From contig CAVOSO010000005.1 of the NCBI GenBank assembly GCA_963698895.1, positions 6,381 through 70,380 of the forward strand: DNA of 64,000 nt, in the 5' to 3' direction. The number at the start of each line of letters is the position of its first letter. Position 1 is the first letter of the stretch. The DNA comes from an uncultured Gammaproteobacteria bacterium. GTDB lineage: Bacteria > Pseudomonadota > Gammaproteobacteria > Steroidobacterales > Woeseiaceae. The notes below the pieces were generated by a model. The model saw only the letters and a program-made list of their open reading frames with translations. It was not told the DNA's origin and ran no database searches. This document shows, in pieces, positions 16,610 to 25,687 of this stretch. A program made the position numbers and the translations under genes.

Positions 16610-17650
16610 GTGAACAGCATCAAGCTATTTTGGCTGTTGATAAGTGTGGGGCTACTGGGTGGCTGCGGCGGTGGTAGCGATGACGATACAATCAATAATA
16701 CTGCGGATGTGCCACCAACGATCTTGCCGGTCTACAACTTCCAGCTCGCAGGAGTTCAGCCCGGTACAGATATGACGGTCGATGTCGGTAACCTGTTTCA
16801 GGTCCGTGTCGACTTAGGCGACACTTTGCGTGGCAGCGTCAATCTTCAGGTCAACAGCCCGAGCAACGTTAGCTTCCTCGACTTCGTCACCAACGCCGGT
16901 TCGACGATGACAGTGGCGGTCGTGGGCAGCAAGACAGGACTGGACGGTGAATTTACAATCAATGTCACCACGGACGTCGTTGCCGGTCGTGACGACGAAC
17001 CGTCGAGCGGTGCTTTTGAGGTCGTGACGGAAGCCGATGTTTCAACAGTCGCCTTCGTAGCAAACGGTGTCGAACTGAGTCTAAACGGTGGAGCGCCGAT
17101 CTCATTCAGCTGGAATGACTACGATAATCTGCTGGACGATGTCCAGGCCCAGACGTGGCAACGCCGTGCATCGTTGGCCGGCGGGACATTTGCGTTCATC
17201 TTTGAACGTATGTTCGAAATCGCCGAACTTCTGGATAGCCTCGAGCTAACCGAGTCAACTGTTCCGGTAGTGACCGCATGTGATGAGTTCCCGGGCACGC
17301 CGCCTGTCGGTGTATTGCTGCAGGGTGAACACGTGTTGACTCGCCTGGGATCGTTTGAGGACCTGTCGCCGGGTGACGTGTTCGACTGGACATTTACCAA
17401 CTGCTGGTTTGCCTCTTCGAACACACTGATCGATAACTTTTTGCAGATGCAAAATTACATCGAAGTCATCGATTCCAGCAATACGCTGACGCGTATTGGC
17501 TTCGGGCCATACAACAATATGACTGGCGGAGTTCTCTATTTCGATTGGACTGTCGCTGAACCCGAAGAGAATCAGGGCGTGTACACGATTGATCCTGAGG
17601 ACCGAATCGTGGTCAACGGTGGATTCTCTATGCTGTTCACACAGCCCTAA
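16610..17650 (+). CDS. lipoprotein, unknown function
   Basis: GAGGAG lies 6 nt before the GTG. MNSIKLFWLLISVGLLGGCGGGSDDD is a lipobox. No recognisable catalytic motif. Confidence 0.7.
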   Translation: MNSIKLFWLLISVGLLGGCGGGSDDDTINNTADVPPTILPVYNFQLAGVQPGTDMTVDVGNLFQVRVDLGDTLRGSVNLQVNSPSNVSFLDFVTNAGSTMTVAVVGSKTGLDGEFTINVTTDVVAGRDDEPSSGAFEVVTEADVSTVAFVANGVELSLNGGAPISFSWNDYDNLLDDVQAQTWQRRASLAGGTFAFIFERMFEIAELLDSLELTESTVPVVTACDEFPGTPPVGVLLQGEHVLTRLGSFEDLSPGDVFDWTFTNCWFASSNTLIDNFLQMQNYIEVIDSSNTLTRIGFGPYNNMTGGVLYFDWTVAEPEENQGVYTIDPEDRIVVNGGFSMLFTQP

Positions 17651-17811
17651 CAACATCAGCCAAGCGCCCGGTCGGCCTGCAAGGCGCCCGGGCGCTATTC
17701 GCTCAGTGAACGTCTGCTCCTGGCTGGTTTCAGCCGATCTCCTTTTACGAGGTAGAATGGCGGCTGCTGGTCCATTGCTGCCATTCGGCAGGACAAGATG
17801 CGGAAGTCTCA

Positions 17812-18192
17812 ATGTCTGAACGTATACAGGAAAAAATTGGTTGGATTGGCGGGTGGTCTGGAGGATTCATCTGGGTTGTTATTCTCTCAGTAGTACTGCT
17901 ATTCAAAGGCCAGACGCTTGGTGCGGTTGCTGGATTCATTATTGCCGGGGTGGCCGGATTGGCAATTTTGCTCACCTCGCCCTGGCGGCACCCTCGCACG
18001 CCTTATCGGATACTGATGATACCGATTTACCTTCTTCTGTTTGTCGCCGTTGGCTGGGGTGTGTGTACCTTGGATGGACCGGAGAACATAGGATTCTCAA
18101 GTTGGTGGTCATTGGCAATCCTGTTCCCGGCGCTGCTGCCGCTGTGGACAGTGGGCAATCGACGCTGGGACGACGGAATGAGAGGTCATTAG
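17812..18192 (+). CDS. small integral membrane protein (about 4 TM segments)
   Basis: 126-aa ORF with four hydrophobic segments (GGFIWVVILSVVLLF, AVAGFIIAGVAGLAILL, ILMIPIYLLLFVAVGWGV, WWSLAILFPALLPLW). Confidence 0.6.
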   Translation: MSERIQEKIGWIGGWSGGFIWVVILSVVLLFKGQTLGAVAGFIIAGVAGLAILLTSPWRHPRTPYRILMIPIYLLLFVAVGWGVCTLDGPENIGFSSWWSLAILFPALLPLWTVGNRRWDDGMRGH

Positions 18193-18290
18193 GAAAGCGC
18201 AGCTTGGGGCGCGACGACCGTTTCTGGCCGTGAGCCGCCACTCGGGTGTTTTGAGGTGGGATGACTCCTACTGACCTTTAGCAGACGTCG

Positions 18291-18331
18291 GTACATCCCA
18301 GAATTGACTCGGGCAATTAACGGCGCATCAT
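18291..18331 (+). promoter_or_regulatory. promoter box D: GTACATCCCAGAATTGAC(T)-16 nt-CATCAT, no riboswitch downstream
   Basis: Exact 18-nt box about 45 nt upstream of the GGGGAGG SD and the ATG at 18376 of the GFA gene. Confidence 0.5.
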
Positions 18332-18375
18332 CCTTATCGGTGAGTTCGGCAAACCGAAACCTGGGGAGGCAACAA

Positions 18376-18729
18376 ATGGAACAACACTACGAAGGTGGGT
18401 GCCAGTGCGGCGCCGTCGCTTATGAGGTCGAAGTGGATGTTGATGGGTGTATAACGTGCAACTGCTCGCGCTGTCAGCCCCTCGGCGCCATTTTGGCGTT
18501 CGCGCCGCGTTCGCAATTCAAGCTCCTGAAGGGTGAAGACAACCTCACGGAGTATCGATTCAACAAGAAATTGATCGCACATCTATTCTGCAAGACGTGT
18601 GGGATACAGAGTTTCGCATACGGAGCCATGCCGGATGGTTCGGAGATCGCGGCGATCAATCTCAATACGCTGCACGGCCTGGATCCCAAATCTCTGAATC
18701 CGAAGCATGTCGACGGGCGGTCGATGTAG
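18376..18729 (+). CDS. GFA (glutathione-dependent formaldehyde-activating / CENP-V-like) family zinc protein
   Basis: MEQHYEGGCQCGAVAYEV...CNCSRCQ...FCKTCG shows the typical GFA cysteine pattern. GGGGAGG SD. Confidence 0.8.
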   Translation: MEQHYEGGCQCGAVAYEVEVDVDGCITCNCSRCQPLGAILAFAPRSQFKLLKGEDNLTEYRFNKKLIAHLFCKTCGIQSFAYGAMPDGSEIAAINLNTLHGLDPKSLNPKHVDGRSM

Positions 18730-18789
18730 ACGTAAGGTCGTTGGTCTGGAATCTGCCTAATAGGCGGCTTTTGGCCGAAGTGAGCCGGT

Positions 18790-19417
18790 CAACAAAAGTT
18801 GGCGTCGACCCTGCAAAGAAGGTCATCCAGGTCTCAGTAGTTTCCCCTCGCGGCAAAGAGCTGCTTAACCGATCGTTTACGCGGACCAAGTTCGCAGAGT
18901 TCCTGGGTAGAAAAAGCCGGCACTGTCGAACCACCTGCGCGGTATCCTGCTCGAGTTCGGCGTGGCGATACCGCAGGGCTTTGCCTCGTTACTCAAGACG
19001 TTGCCGGAGATCCTCGAAGACATCGAGTCGATGACCAAGGAAGTCGACGGCCTGGTAAAGCAGCACCCGGTCTGCAAGCGTCTCACGGCGATCGAGGGCA
19101 TCGGTCCGATCGGTGCACTGTCGCTGTATGCCGTGATGGGCTCCGGCAAGGCCTTCACCAAGAGCCGCGATCGTTGAAAGATCGCTGGCTGAAGGATCTC
19201 ATTGAACGGGCGGGACCGAACCGCGCCGCGGTTGCGCTGGCCAACAAGAATGTACGAACGGCCTGGGTGATGGTGACCCAGGGAACTGAATACCAACGTC
19301 GGCTGCAACTGTCGATGGCTGCCTAGAACGTTCTGCAAACAGAGACCACGTATCAGATAGAGATATCTGCTCCGGTGAAACCTAGACCGCTTTGAGGCCC
19401 TAGAGCCCGCTGACCCT
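18790..19417 (+). mobile_element. relic of the same IS110-family element (5'-truncated, three internal deletions, 3'-truncated)
   Basis: VGVDPAKKVIQVSVVSPRGKELLNRSFTRTKFAEFLG jumps to ALSNHLRGILLEFGVAIPQGFASLL. It then runs LPEILEDIESMTKEVDGLVKQHP...GIGPIGALSLYAVMGSGKAFTKSRD and RWLKDLIERAG...ALANKNVRTAWVMVTQGTEYQRR. The 94 nt from the stop codon (19324-19417) match 12057-12150 with 5 mismatches. Confidence 0.8.
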
Positions 19418-19503
19418 AATCCAGGTTCGAGTAACCGATCGTCCGTTTTTTTCGGAAAAGCGGACGACACGCCCGGCTTCTACTGTGGGAGTCGGAACTA
19501 AGA

Positions 19504-19523
19504 GGGCCGCTGAGAAGCGGCCC
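19504..19523 (-). terminator. GC-rich hairpin downstream of the GDSL gene
   Basis: GGGCCGCT-gaga-AGCGGCCC lies 64 nt beyond the stop at 19587. The flanking U-tract is weak (TCTTAGTT on the minus strand). Confidence 0.4.
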
Positions 19524-19586
19524 CTATTCTAGTGGCTCTATGCGGGCCTAATCTTCCGCAACCAGAGTGTCGCGCTTCCCGCCAGG

Positions 19587-20516
19587 TTACGGCAGCTGCT
19601 CAAGCGCGGCCTCGGCCATCAGAGCATGCATTTTTCTCGTCGGGTGCAGCGGATCCCAGAATAAATACTCATCGCGATTCTTGCAGAACGCCCCTTCGGT
19701 GACGCCAAACGCCACGCAGGAATCTGTGACATTCGTGAGGCCGAATGCTTCCGGCGCGGCAAGCATCCCGCTGAAGAAAGCAAAGAAATCGACGACCGAG
19801 ACATTCATGTTGAACGGCTCGCCGGCGAAGGACTGGATCATGGGCGCTAGTAACATGTAATTGTAGAGCGCGCTGCCGCTCGGTGCCGGCGGATCCTGAG
19901 GTGGTGGGGCTATGGGTGAGGCCTCCAACGGCGGAATATAGGCGAACAGCAGATTACGCGCACCGCAACCATGGAGAGTGACGATATTCTCAGCGATGCT
20001 GGCGGTCATGCCGCCGAGGACGGCAAATGCGTCCTCTCCGTTGAGCAGGTCGAGCAGGTCAAAGTAGGCGGAATCCACGATGAACAGAGTGTCGTCCATG
20101 GGGGCGCCGGTGCAGTATCCATTGTCTTTCCAGGCCTGCACCTGGTCGTACAGGCTGGGGAGCACGTCGGCTGAGAATTCCCGAGCGCGCCCGTAACCGA
20201 CGGCATAGTTGCCAAAGACCGGGTTTCGATAGGCGGGCATTGCGCCTTTGGTCAGTTTCATCTCTGCCGCGAGGACTTCAACCCAGGTGCGGCCGTTGCT
20301 GAAATTGTAGCCTCCAATAGGATAACTGGGGCCAAATAGCTCAAACGGCGGGTGCGCAGTCTCGCCGGTCAACGCGAAGTGGTTGCCGGAATCCATGAAG
20401 CTGGCACCGAAGATGAAGATACGGTCATAGTCGTGGTCGGTATCCGCGACGGCCATCCCGGTCGCAAGTGGCAGAAGGGCCAGCAAGGCGACCATCATGC
20501 GTTTCAGAGTCTTCAT
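19587..20516 (-). CDS. SGNH/GDSL-family lipase/esterase, secreted
   Basis: ATG at 20516 preceded by GGAGAG. Signal peptide MKTLKRMMVALLALLPLATGMAVA. Block I is IFIFGASFMDSGN and block V is LFWDPLHPT (DxxH). Confidence 0.8.
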   Translation of the reverse strand: MKTLKRMMVALLALLPLATGMAVADTDHDYDRIFIFGASFMDSGNHFALTGETAHPPFELFGPSYPIGGYNFSNGRTWVEVLAAEMKLTKGAMPAYRNPVFGNYAVGYGRAREFSADVLPSLYDQVQAWKDNGYCTGAPMDDTLFIVDSAYFDLLDLLNGEDAFAVLGGMTASIAENIVTLHGCGARNLLFAYIPPLEASPIAPPPQDPPAPSGSALYNYMLLAPMIQSFAGEPFNMNVSVVDFFAFFSGMLAAPEAFGLTNVTDSCVAFGVTEGAFCKNRDEYLFWDPLHPTRKMHALMAEAALEQLP

Positions 20517-20733
20517 TTTATCTCTCCATTCAGTGACTCCGGGGCCGCAATCCCCAGGGACTGCCACCCCGTACAGGTAGCCTACGAAGGTCGTTTTATC
20601 GGTGCATGACGGCTGGGTGACGGGCAGCTGACGGTATCGGGACGAACCCGCTTTCAGTGCGTCGATAGTTCGGTTTACCACATGGTATTCACCTCCCGAA
20701 GCCTTAGAATGGGAGTCAAGAGGACAACATCCT

Positions 20734-22620
20734 ATGTACCGCTTCGATGATTTCTTGGCCGACCCAGAGACGTGGAGACTTTCCCGGGATGGTCAGGAGA
20801 TTCATCTTGAACCGGTGGTACTGAAGCTCCTCATCTACCTGATCGAGAACCGTGAACGACTCGTGACGCGTCACGAGCTGATGGACACGGTCTGGGGCGA
20901 CACGGTAATCAGCGAATCTGCGCTCACCAAGGCTGTGGCCAGGCTGCGGAAGGCGCTGGGCGACAACTCTGCCACCCATCGCTACCTGGAAACGGTACGT
21001 TCACTCGGCTATCGCTTCGTCGCCGATGTCGAGGAAATCGAGAGCCCGAATCAGCCTGCCCTGCGTCCCAGGAAGACTCGTGCAACAACCGCGCGCCGCG
21101 CCATGATGGCGGGCGCCGCCGTGAGCGTCGTGCTGATTATCCTGGCCGTCTCATGGTTCCGTGCGCCTCCGCACGAGACACCGCAAGAGCAAGTCATCCG
21201 CTCGCTCGCAGTGCTGCCGTTGAGCAACCTGACCGGCAACCCTGAACAGGACTATTACGTCGACGGCCTCCAGGACCTGCTGATAACAGAGCTTTCGCAG
21301 CTCCCCGGGATACGGGTCACGTCGCGGCAGTCGACGAAACGTTACCGCAACAGCGAGCTGCCCACGGCCGACATTGCCGGTGAACTGGGTGTGGAAGCAC
21401 TGGTCGAGGGCAGCCTGTTACGGGAAGGTAACAAGATCGAGGTCACTATCCAGCTGATAGACGGCCGGAGCGACGCGCACCTCTGGGCCGAGCGCTACAC
21501 GCGCGAGACGCCCTACGTGTTCAACCTGATCGCGGACATGGCAGACGCAATCGGCACCGAGATCGGTACACCAAGACCGTCGCCGGGGATCGGTGGTCTT
21601 GGCCGTGTGCTGACCGGCCCGGTCGATCCGCGCGCGATCGATGCCTATGCGCTGGGAACGATGCATCTCGATACGTTTACGAGGGATGGAATCCGGTCGG
21701 CCATCGAGCAGCTCGAGACGGCGGTCGCGATCGAGCCGAAGTTCGCGCTTGCGTGGGGCCAGCTGTCGGCCGCCTATGCGATGCAGGGCATGTTCGGTTT
21801 CACCTTGCCCCGGGAATCCAAGGAAAAATTCCTTACCGCTGCAATGCAGGCGATCGCGGCAGATGACCAAGTCGCTATGGGCCACGCCGGGCTCGGATTT
21901 GCGCGCATGTATATGGGCGACTTTGACGGGGGCTGCGAATCCATTGCCGAAGCACTGCGGCTCAACCCGTCCGAACCGTACGCGATTCATGGTGACGCAG
22001 ACTGCCTGCTGTTCGACGGGCGCATGGACGAAAGCGTCAACCGGTTGCGCGAACTCCTGACGATCAGCCCGTTCACCGCCATGCACAATATGCCGTTGCC
22101 GTCCCACCTGTACATGGCCCGCCGCTTTGACGAGGCCATCAGCGCGGCCACGGCAATGCAGGCGCGGACCCCCCAGTTCTCGATGCACTGGTTGATTGCG
22201 AAGTTTTACTGGGAGCAGGGCCGCTTCGACAAGGCGCTGGAGGAGGAGCGACTGGAGTTCGAGCGACGTGGCGACACCATCCTCCTGGCAGCCTTGGAAG
22301 AGGGTCTTGAAGCTGGCGGGCCGACCGGTGCCATGCTTGCCATAGCCGAGGCAATGGTTGACCGGGCGAGTGAAATCTACGTGGATCCGTTTGATATCGC
22401 GGAGATGTTTGCCCGGGCCGGAATGATTGACGAAGGAATTCACTGGTTGGAAAAGGCCGCTGACCATGGCTCGTACGAACTAACCTATGTCGCCTATTGG
22501 CCCCATCTGGATGTTTTGCGTGACGATCCACGGTTCCAGGATCTGCTGGTGAGCGTATATGGTCAGAGGGCTCGGGAGATCCAGCGGATCACTAGTGCGC
22601 ATCACGCTCCAGATCAATGA
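20734..22620 (+). CDS. membrane-anchored winged-helix (OmpR/PhoB-type, CadC/ToxR-like) transcriptional regulator with periplasmic TPR-like domain
   Basis: The N-terminus reads LVTRHELMDTVWGD...ALTKAVARLRKALGD...LETVRSLGYRFV. One TM segment (AMMAGAAVSVVLIILAVSWF). Then LAVLPLSNLTGNPEQDYYVDG and helical repeats. Confidence 0.8.
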   Translation: MYRFDDFLADPETWRLSRDGQEIHLEPVVLKLLIYLIENRERLVTRHELMDTVWGDTVISESALTKAVARLRKALGDNSATHRYLETVRSLGYRFVADVEEIESPNQPALRPRKTRATTARRAMMAGAAVSVVLIILAVSWFRAPPHETPQEQVIRSLAVLPLSNLTGNPEQDYYVDGLQDLLITELSQLPGIRVTSRQSTKRYRNSELPTADIAGELGVEALVEGSLLREGNKIEVTIQLIDGRSDAHLWAERYTRETPYVFNLIADMADAIGTEIGTPRPSPGIGGLGRVLTGPVDPRAIDAYALGTMHLDTFTRDGIRSAIEQLETAVAIEPKFALAWGQLSAAYAMQGMFGFTLPRESKEKFLTAAMQAIAADDQVAMGHAGLGFARMYMGDFDGGCESIAEALRLNPSEPYAIHGDADCLLFDGRMDESVNRLRELLTISPFTAMHNMPLPSHLYMARRFDEAISAATAMQARTPQFSMHWLIAKFYWEQGRFDKALEEERLEFERRGDTILLAALEEGLEAGGPTGAMLAIAEAMVDRASEIYVDPFDIAEMFARAGMIDEGIHWLEKAADHGSYELTYVAYWPHLDVLRDDPRFQDLLVSVYGQRAREIQRITSAHHAPDQ

Positions 22621-22710
22621 GTCGATGAAGAGCATCCGCTTTGTGGATTCCTGCCATTCCAAGAATTTGCGGATCTGCTGGTTCTCTTGTTGAGACGAAG
22701 GGCCGGAATA

Positions 22711-22820
22711 GGCCGTTCTGAGACGGTCGCCAGGAACATTACTGTGGGGCTGCTCTACTTCGCAAAGCAGCCGCTCGAGAAATCTGCGGCAATATGACGG
22801 CTTGTGAGCCGAGGCAGTCG
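22711..22820 (-). repeat. conserved ~110-nt module, copy E (no promoter box, no riboswitch)
   Basis: GGCCGTTCTGAGACGGTCGCCAGG...GGGGCTGCT-N11-AGCAGCCGC...AATATGACGGCTTGTGAGCC aligns with copy C. On the minus strand it reads HKPSYCRRFLERLLCEVEQPHSNVPGDRLRTA. Confidence 0.55.
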
Positions 22821-22848
22821 ATTGAAAAATTTGGAAAGGTGACGACTA

Positions 22849-23331
22849 ATGGACAAATATATCGTTTCGCGCGAGGAAATTGATAACTTCGAGGGAATTG
22901 AGAAGCGACATTTCCTTAACGACAACGCGTGTCGGCGCAACAAGTCGCTAGGCGATCTCACTGGATTGAGCGGTATCGGATTTCACATCATTGAAGTAGA
23001 GCCAGGTCGTGAAACTACCGAGCTTCATTCGCATTTCCACGAGGAAGAATGCGTTTACGTTCTCGAGGGCGAGGCGCAAGCTACGATAGGAGAAAACACG
23101 TATCCGGTTCGCGCGGGTGACTTCATCGGATACCGTGCCAGCGGTGAGCCGCACAAACTCGAAAATACCGGTGACCAGATACTAAAATGCATCGTTGTTG
23201 GGCAACGATTGGACCATGACGTCGCTGACTATCCTCGCCTCAAGAAACGCATATTCCGGAACAGCGGGCTAAAGTGGAACCTCGTGAATCTGCACGACAT
23301 CGAGGAGCCGGTCGCAGGCCGAAAGGTCTAG
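22849..23331 (+). CDS. cupin domain protein
   Basis: GFHIIEVEPGRETTELHSHFHEEECVYVLEGEA...GEPHKLENTG gives cupin motifs 1 and 2. Confidence 0.8.
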   Translation: MDKYIVSREEIDNFEGIEKRHFLNDNACRRNKSLGDLTGLSGIGFHIIEVEPGRETTELHSHFHEEECVYVLEGEAQATIGENTYPVRAGDFIGYRASGEPHKLENTGDQILKCIVVGQRLDHDVADYPRLKKRIFRNSGLKWNLVNLHDIEEPVAGRKV

Positions 23332-23560
23332 CGACCGTCCGCTCTTGACTGTGACTTCAATCGGTCGACGCAATACCTCGACTCTAGCACTGGAGCAGGA
23401 GGTGATGCAGAGGAGGAAGAGAAGGTACTTTACTCTTTCCTCATGACTGAGCGCCTGTCACGCAATGTGACGGACTTAGTCTGTTGATCTGTTGTTTTGT
23501 GTGGAACACAAATCAATACGTTACGGACTCGAAAGTGACAGGGTTAATTTGTTCGGTTCA

Positions 23561-23750
23561 TCAGCTGACTTGATAGCTCTGGATCACGTTGCCACATGTG
23601 TCGTCGAAAACAGCAAACTTGTATCCATCGCTTTCCACAGGATCCCGCGTAAATCGAACGCCTAGATCGCGAAGGCGGGCATATGTCGTTCTTCTTAACA
23701 AAACCGAGTTTGGATGACTCGAAAGATGTGAACTCATCGACGAAGTGCCA
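23561..23750 (-). pseudogene. C-terminal remnant of a VOC (glyoxalase/bleomycin-resistance-like) protein, frameshifted
   Basis: My minus-strand translation gives RWHFVDEFTSFESSKLGFVKKNDI. After a frame change it gives YARLRDLGVRFTRDPVESDGYKFAVFDDTCGNVIQSYQVS then a stop. No start or N-terminal half is present. Confidence 0.35.
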
Positions 23751-23754
23751 GCGC

Positions 23755-24171
23755 TTACAGCCCTATGTCTCGCCTGACTTTCTCTTCGGCCTTCTTCAAA
23801 TCCGACTGGAGCCGGTCCAGTTCCTCCTGCAGCGGACCCGTCAGCATCGCCGCTTCAACATTCAGGTCGATGCTCGGAATGGCAGCAGCCATGCTGGCCG
23901 GCGGCGGATCCAGCGGGTCCGGCGCACGCCAGTTGACGATAGCAATGACGGCGATGGCAGCAGCCACGCCCGTAATCGTGCTGGCCCACCAGAACAGCGG
24001 CGGCCTTGCCGCCGGCGCCAACCGGGGGCTCTCGAGCTCGGGCGTCACCGCGCGCAATGATGCATCGATCCGACGATCGAGTTCGTCCGATATCGATACC
24101 TCGATCCGTTGTGCGTCTTCCTGCAGTTGTCTGGCTAGCTTATCCATAGGCTTCACTTTGTCGGGCGTCAC
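23755..24171 (-). CDS. putative anti-sigma factor (single-pass membrane protein)
   Basis: Lies immediately downstream of, and overlapping, the ECF sigma gene. One TM segment (LFWWASTITGVAAAIAVIAIVNW). Confidence 0.55.
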   Translation of the reverse strand: MTPDKVKPMDKLARQLQEDAQRIEVSISDELDRRIDASLRAVTPELESPRLAPAARPPLFWWASTITGVAAAIAVIAIVNWRAPDPLDPPPASMAAAIPSIDLNVEAAMLTGPLQEELDRLQSDLKKAEEKVRRDIGL

Positions 24172-24682
24172 CGTTCATGTGCGTTTCGAGCACGCGGCGG
24201 CCCCTCATCAGGTTTACTTTGGTCCAGGACGCGGAACGGTCCAGGGCCTGGGAAATATCGTTGACGGACATGTCTTCGGCATAACGCAGCCACATGGCCG
24301 CGTAGACCTCATCGTTGAGTACCTCGCGGGCACTGACCCAGAGATTGTCCGTCTCGGAGTCGGCGATGCACTGCTGCAACGGGTCGTTCTCCTCGTCGCG
24401 CAGGTCGCCGATCTCGATCATCTCGGGACTGCGCAATCGCGCCGCGTTGCGAATCGCAATACGGTAGAGCCAGGTACTGAACCGCCAACGCGGGTCGTAC
24501 GAATGCAGGTAGCGAAAAGCCGCGATCAACGTGTCCTGCAACACGTCCTCTGCATCCGCATAACTCGGGCTACGCGTCAGCAGGAAACGCAACAGGCGCG
24601 GCCTGTACGCGCGCACGAGGTCCGTGAACGCATCCACGGACCCCGCTTTGGCGGCAGCGATCAGTTTAAGTTCGTCACTCAC
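24140..24682 (-). CDS. ECF-type RNA polymerase sigma-70 family factor
   Basis: Region 2 reads DVLQDTLIAAFRYLHSYDPRWRFSTWLYRIAIRNA. Region 4 reads MWLRYAEDMSVNDISQALDRSASWTKVNLMRGRRVL. Confidence 0.85.
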   Translation of the reverse strand: MSDELKLIAAAKAGSVDAFTDLVRAYRPRLLRFLLTRSPSYADAEDVLQDTLIAAFRYLHSYDPRWRFSTWLYRIAIRNAARLRSPEMIEIGDLRDEENDPLQQCIADSETDNLWVSAREVLNDEVYAAMWLRYAEDMSVNDISQALDRSASWTKVNLMRGRRVLETHMNGDARQSEAYG

Positions 24683-25619
24683 CGAGTGTCCGGACGACGA
24701 GTGCCGGGTCGAGCGCCAGCGAGATGCTCAAGCTGTTACCGCTCGCCACGACCTTGGTGCCTTGCAACACCGCAACCATTTCCGCATCCATGTCGTCATT
24801 GAACGCCATGAGGCTGACAAGACCGCGAACCACGCTGGCGAGAGACTCCGCCATCTCGGGTTCGGTGGTAATGAGCCTGGCCTCCAGCGCCAGCTTGTCG
24901 GCAGCCGCGGCCATCAGGAACGCGACCTGCTCCGTATTGCGCAGGATATTCGAGTTCCAGTCCGAATCGCCGTCGTCCCCCATGGCGGCCGAGTTCATCC
25001 CCGCCTGCAGCATCGTCTTCTCGGCGCTGAGGACCAGCAATGCGCCTTTGTGACTGTTCGCGCCCGCGATCCTGCCGTTGTTGGCCAGCAGCGCCTGCAT
25101 CTGCTCTTCGCTGCCTGTGATCACGATCTTGTTCTTCAGCGCCAGGCTCACCCAGGCCTCGTCCTCGAGCGATTCGATGTCTATTTCGATATCGCCACCG
25201 GAGAGACTCAGGCTCTCGTCATCGTCGTTGCCGGAGAAATGATAGTAGGTCTTGCCGGACGACTTGAGCGGTGTGATGTCGCCGTCCGCGGCAACAAAGG
25301 TCATGACCTTGTCCTTCGTCTCCTGGCTGAACTTGCCCTCGAACACGATGATGGGGCCCGCATCTTCCAGCGAGAACGCGGTCAGGCTATCGAGTTCCTT
25401 GTCGAGATCGACGCCAGCGTCGTTCTTGATATCGGTGAATGCTTCGTCCCTGAGCCAGTCGTAGACGCCCTGCCCGGGTCCGTTCTTGCGCATCTCGTCG
25501 AGGTCAATGTGGAAATACCAGACGGCCGACCCCGGGAGATCCTTCGAATCTGCGGTGGCCAGTACCGGCAGGGCCAGCAGCAAGCCGGCCATCAAGAGTT
25601 TCAAATAACGCATCGACAT
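24675..25619 (-). CDS. secreted acidic protein of unknown function, first gene overlapping the ECF sigma start
   Basis: GAGGA lies before the ATG at 25619. Signal peptide MSMRYLKLLMAGLLLALPVLATA. Its stop overlaps the sigma start by 8 nt. The 671-aa ORF in the track is an artefactual 5' extension. Confidence 0.65.
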   Translation of the reverse strand: MSMRYLKLLMAGLLLALPVLATADSKDLPGSAVWYFHIDLDEMRKNGPGQGVYDWLRDEAFTDIKNDAGVDLDKELDSLTAFSLEDAGPIIVFEGKFSQETKDKVMTFVAADGDITPLKSSGKTYYHFSGNDDDESLSLSGGDIEIDIESLEDEAWVSLALKNKIVITGSEEQMQALLANNGRIAGANSHKGALLVLSAEKTMLQAGMNSAAMGDDGDSDWNSNILRNTEQVAFLMAAAADKLALEARLITTEPEMAESLASVVRGLVSLMAFNDDMDAEMVAVLQGTKVVASGNSLSISLALDPALVVRTLGE

Positions 25620-25687
25620 ATCCTCAAATGAAGTTCCTGTAGCGTTATAGGGCCGGCCGGCGGATTTGGTTACACCCCGGGTGAAAT

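Noticed and set aside
19417-19432. tRNA T-arm-like GGTTCGAGTAACC next to the IS relic
   Set aside because: No acceptor stem, anticodon arm or CCA-proximal pairing can be drawn around it. I saw no tRNA-like cloverleaf anywhere in the window.
21418-22467. 349-aa minus-strand ORF. Similar long shadow ORFs occur at 23765..24802, 24624..25631, 30345..31469, 54045..54884, 56532..57353, 35210..36037, 36039..36785, 37418..38173 and 38617..39225.
   Set aside because: All lie opposite well-supported genes, lack motifs and have Arg/Pro/Gly-rich composition typical of antisense frames in high-GC DNA.
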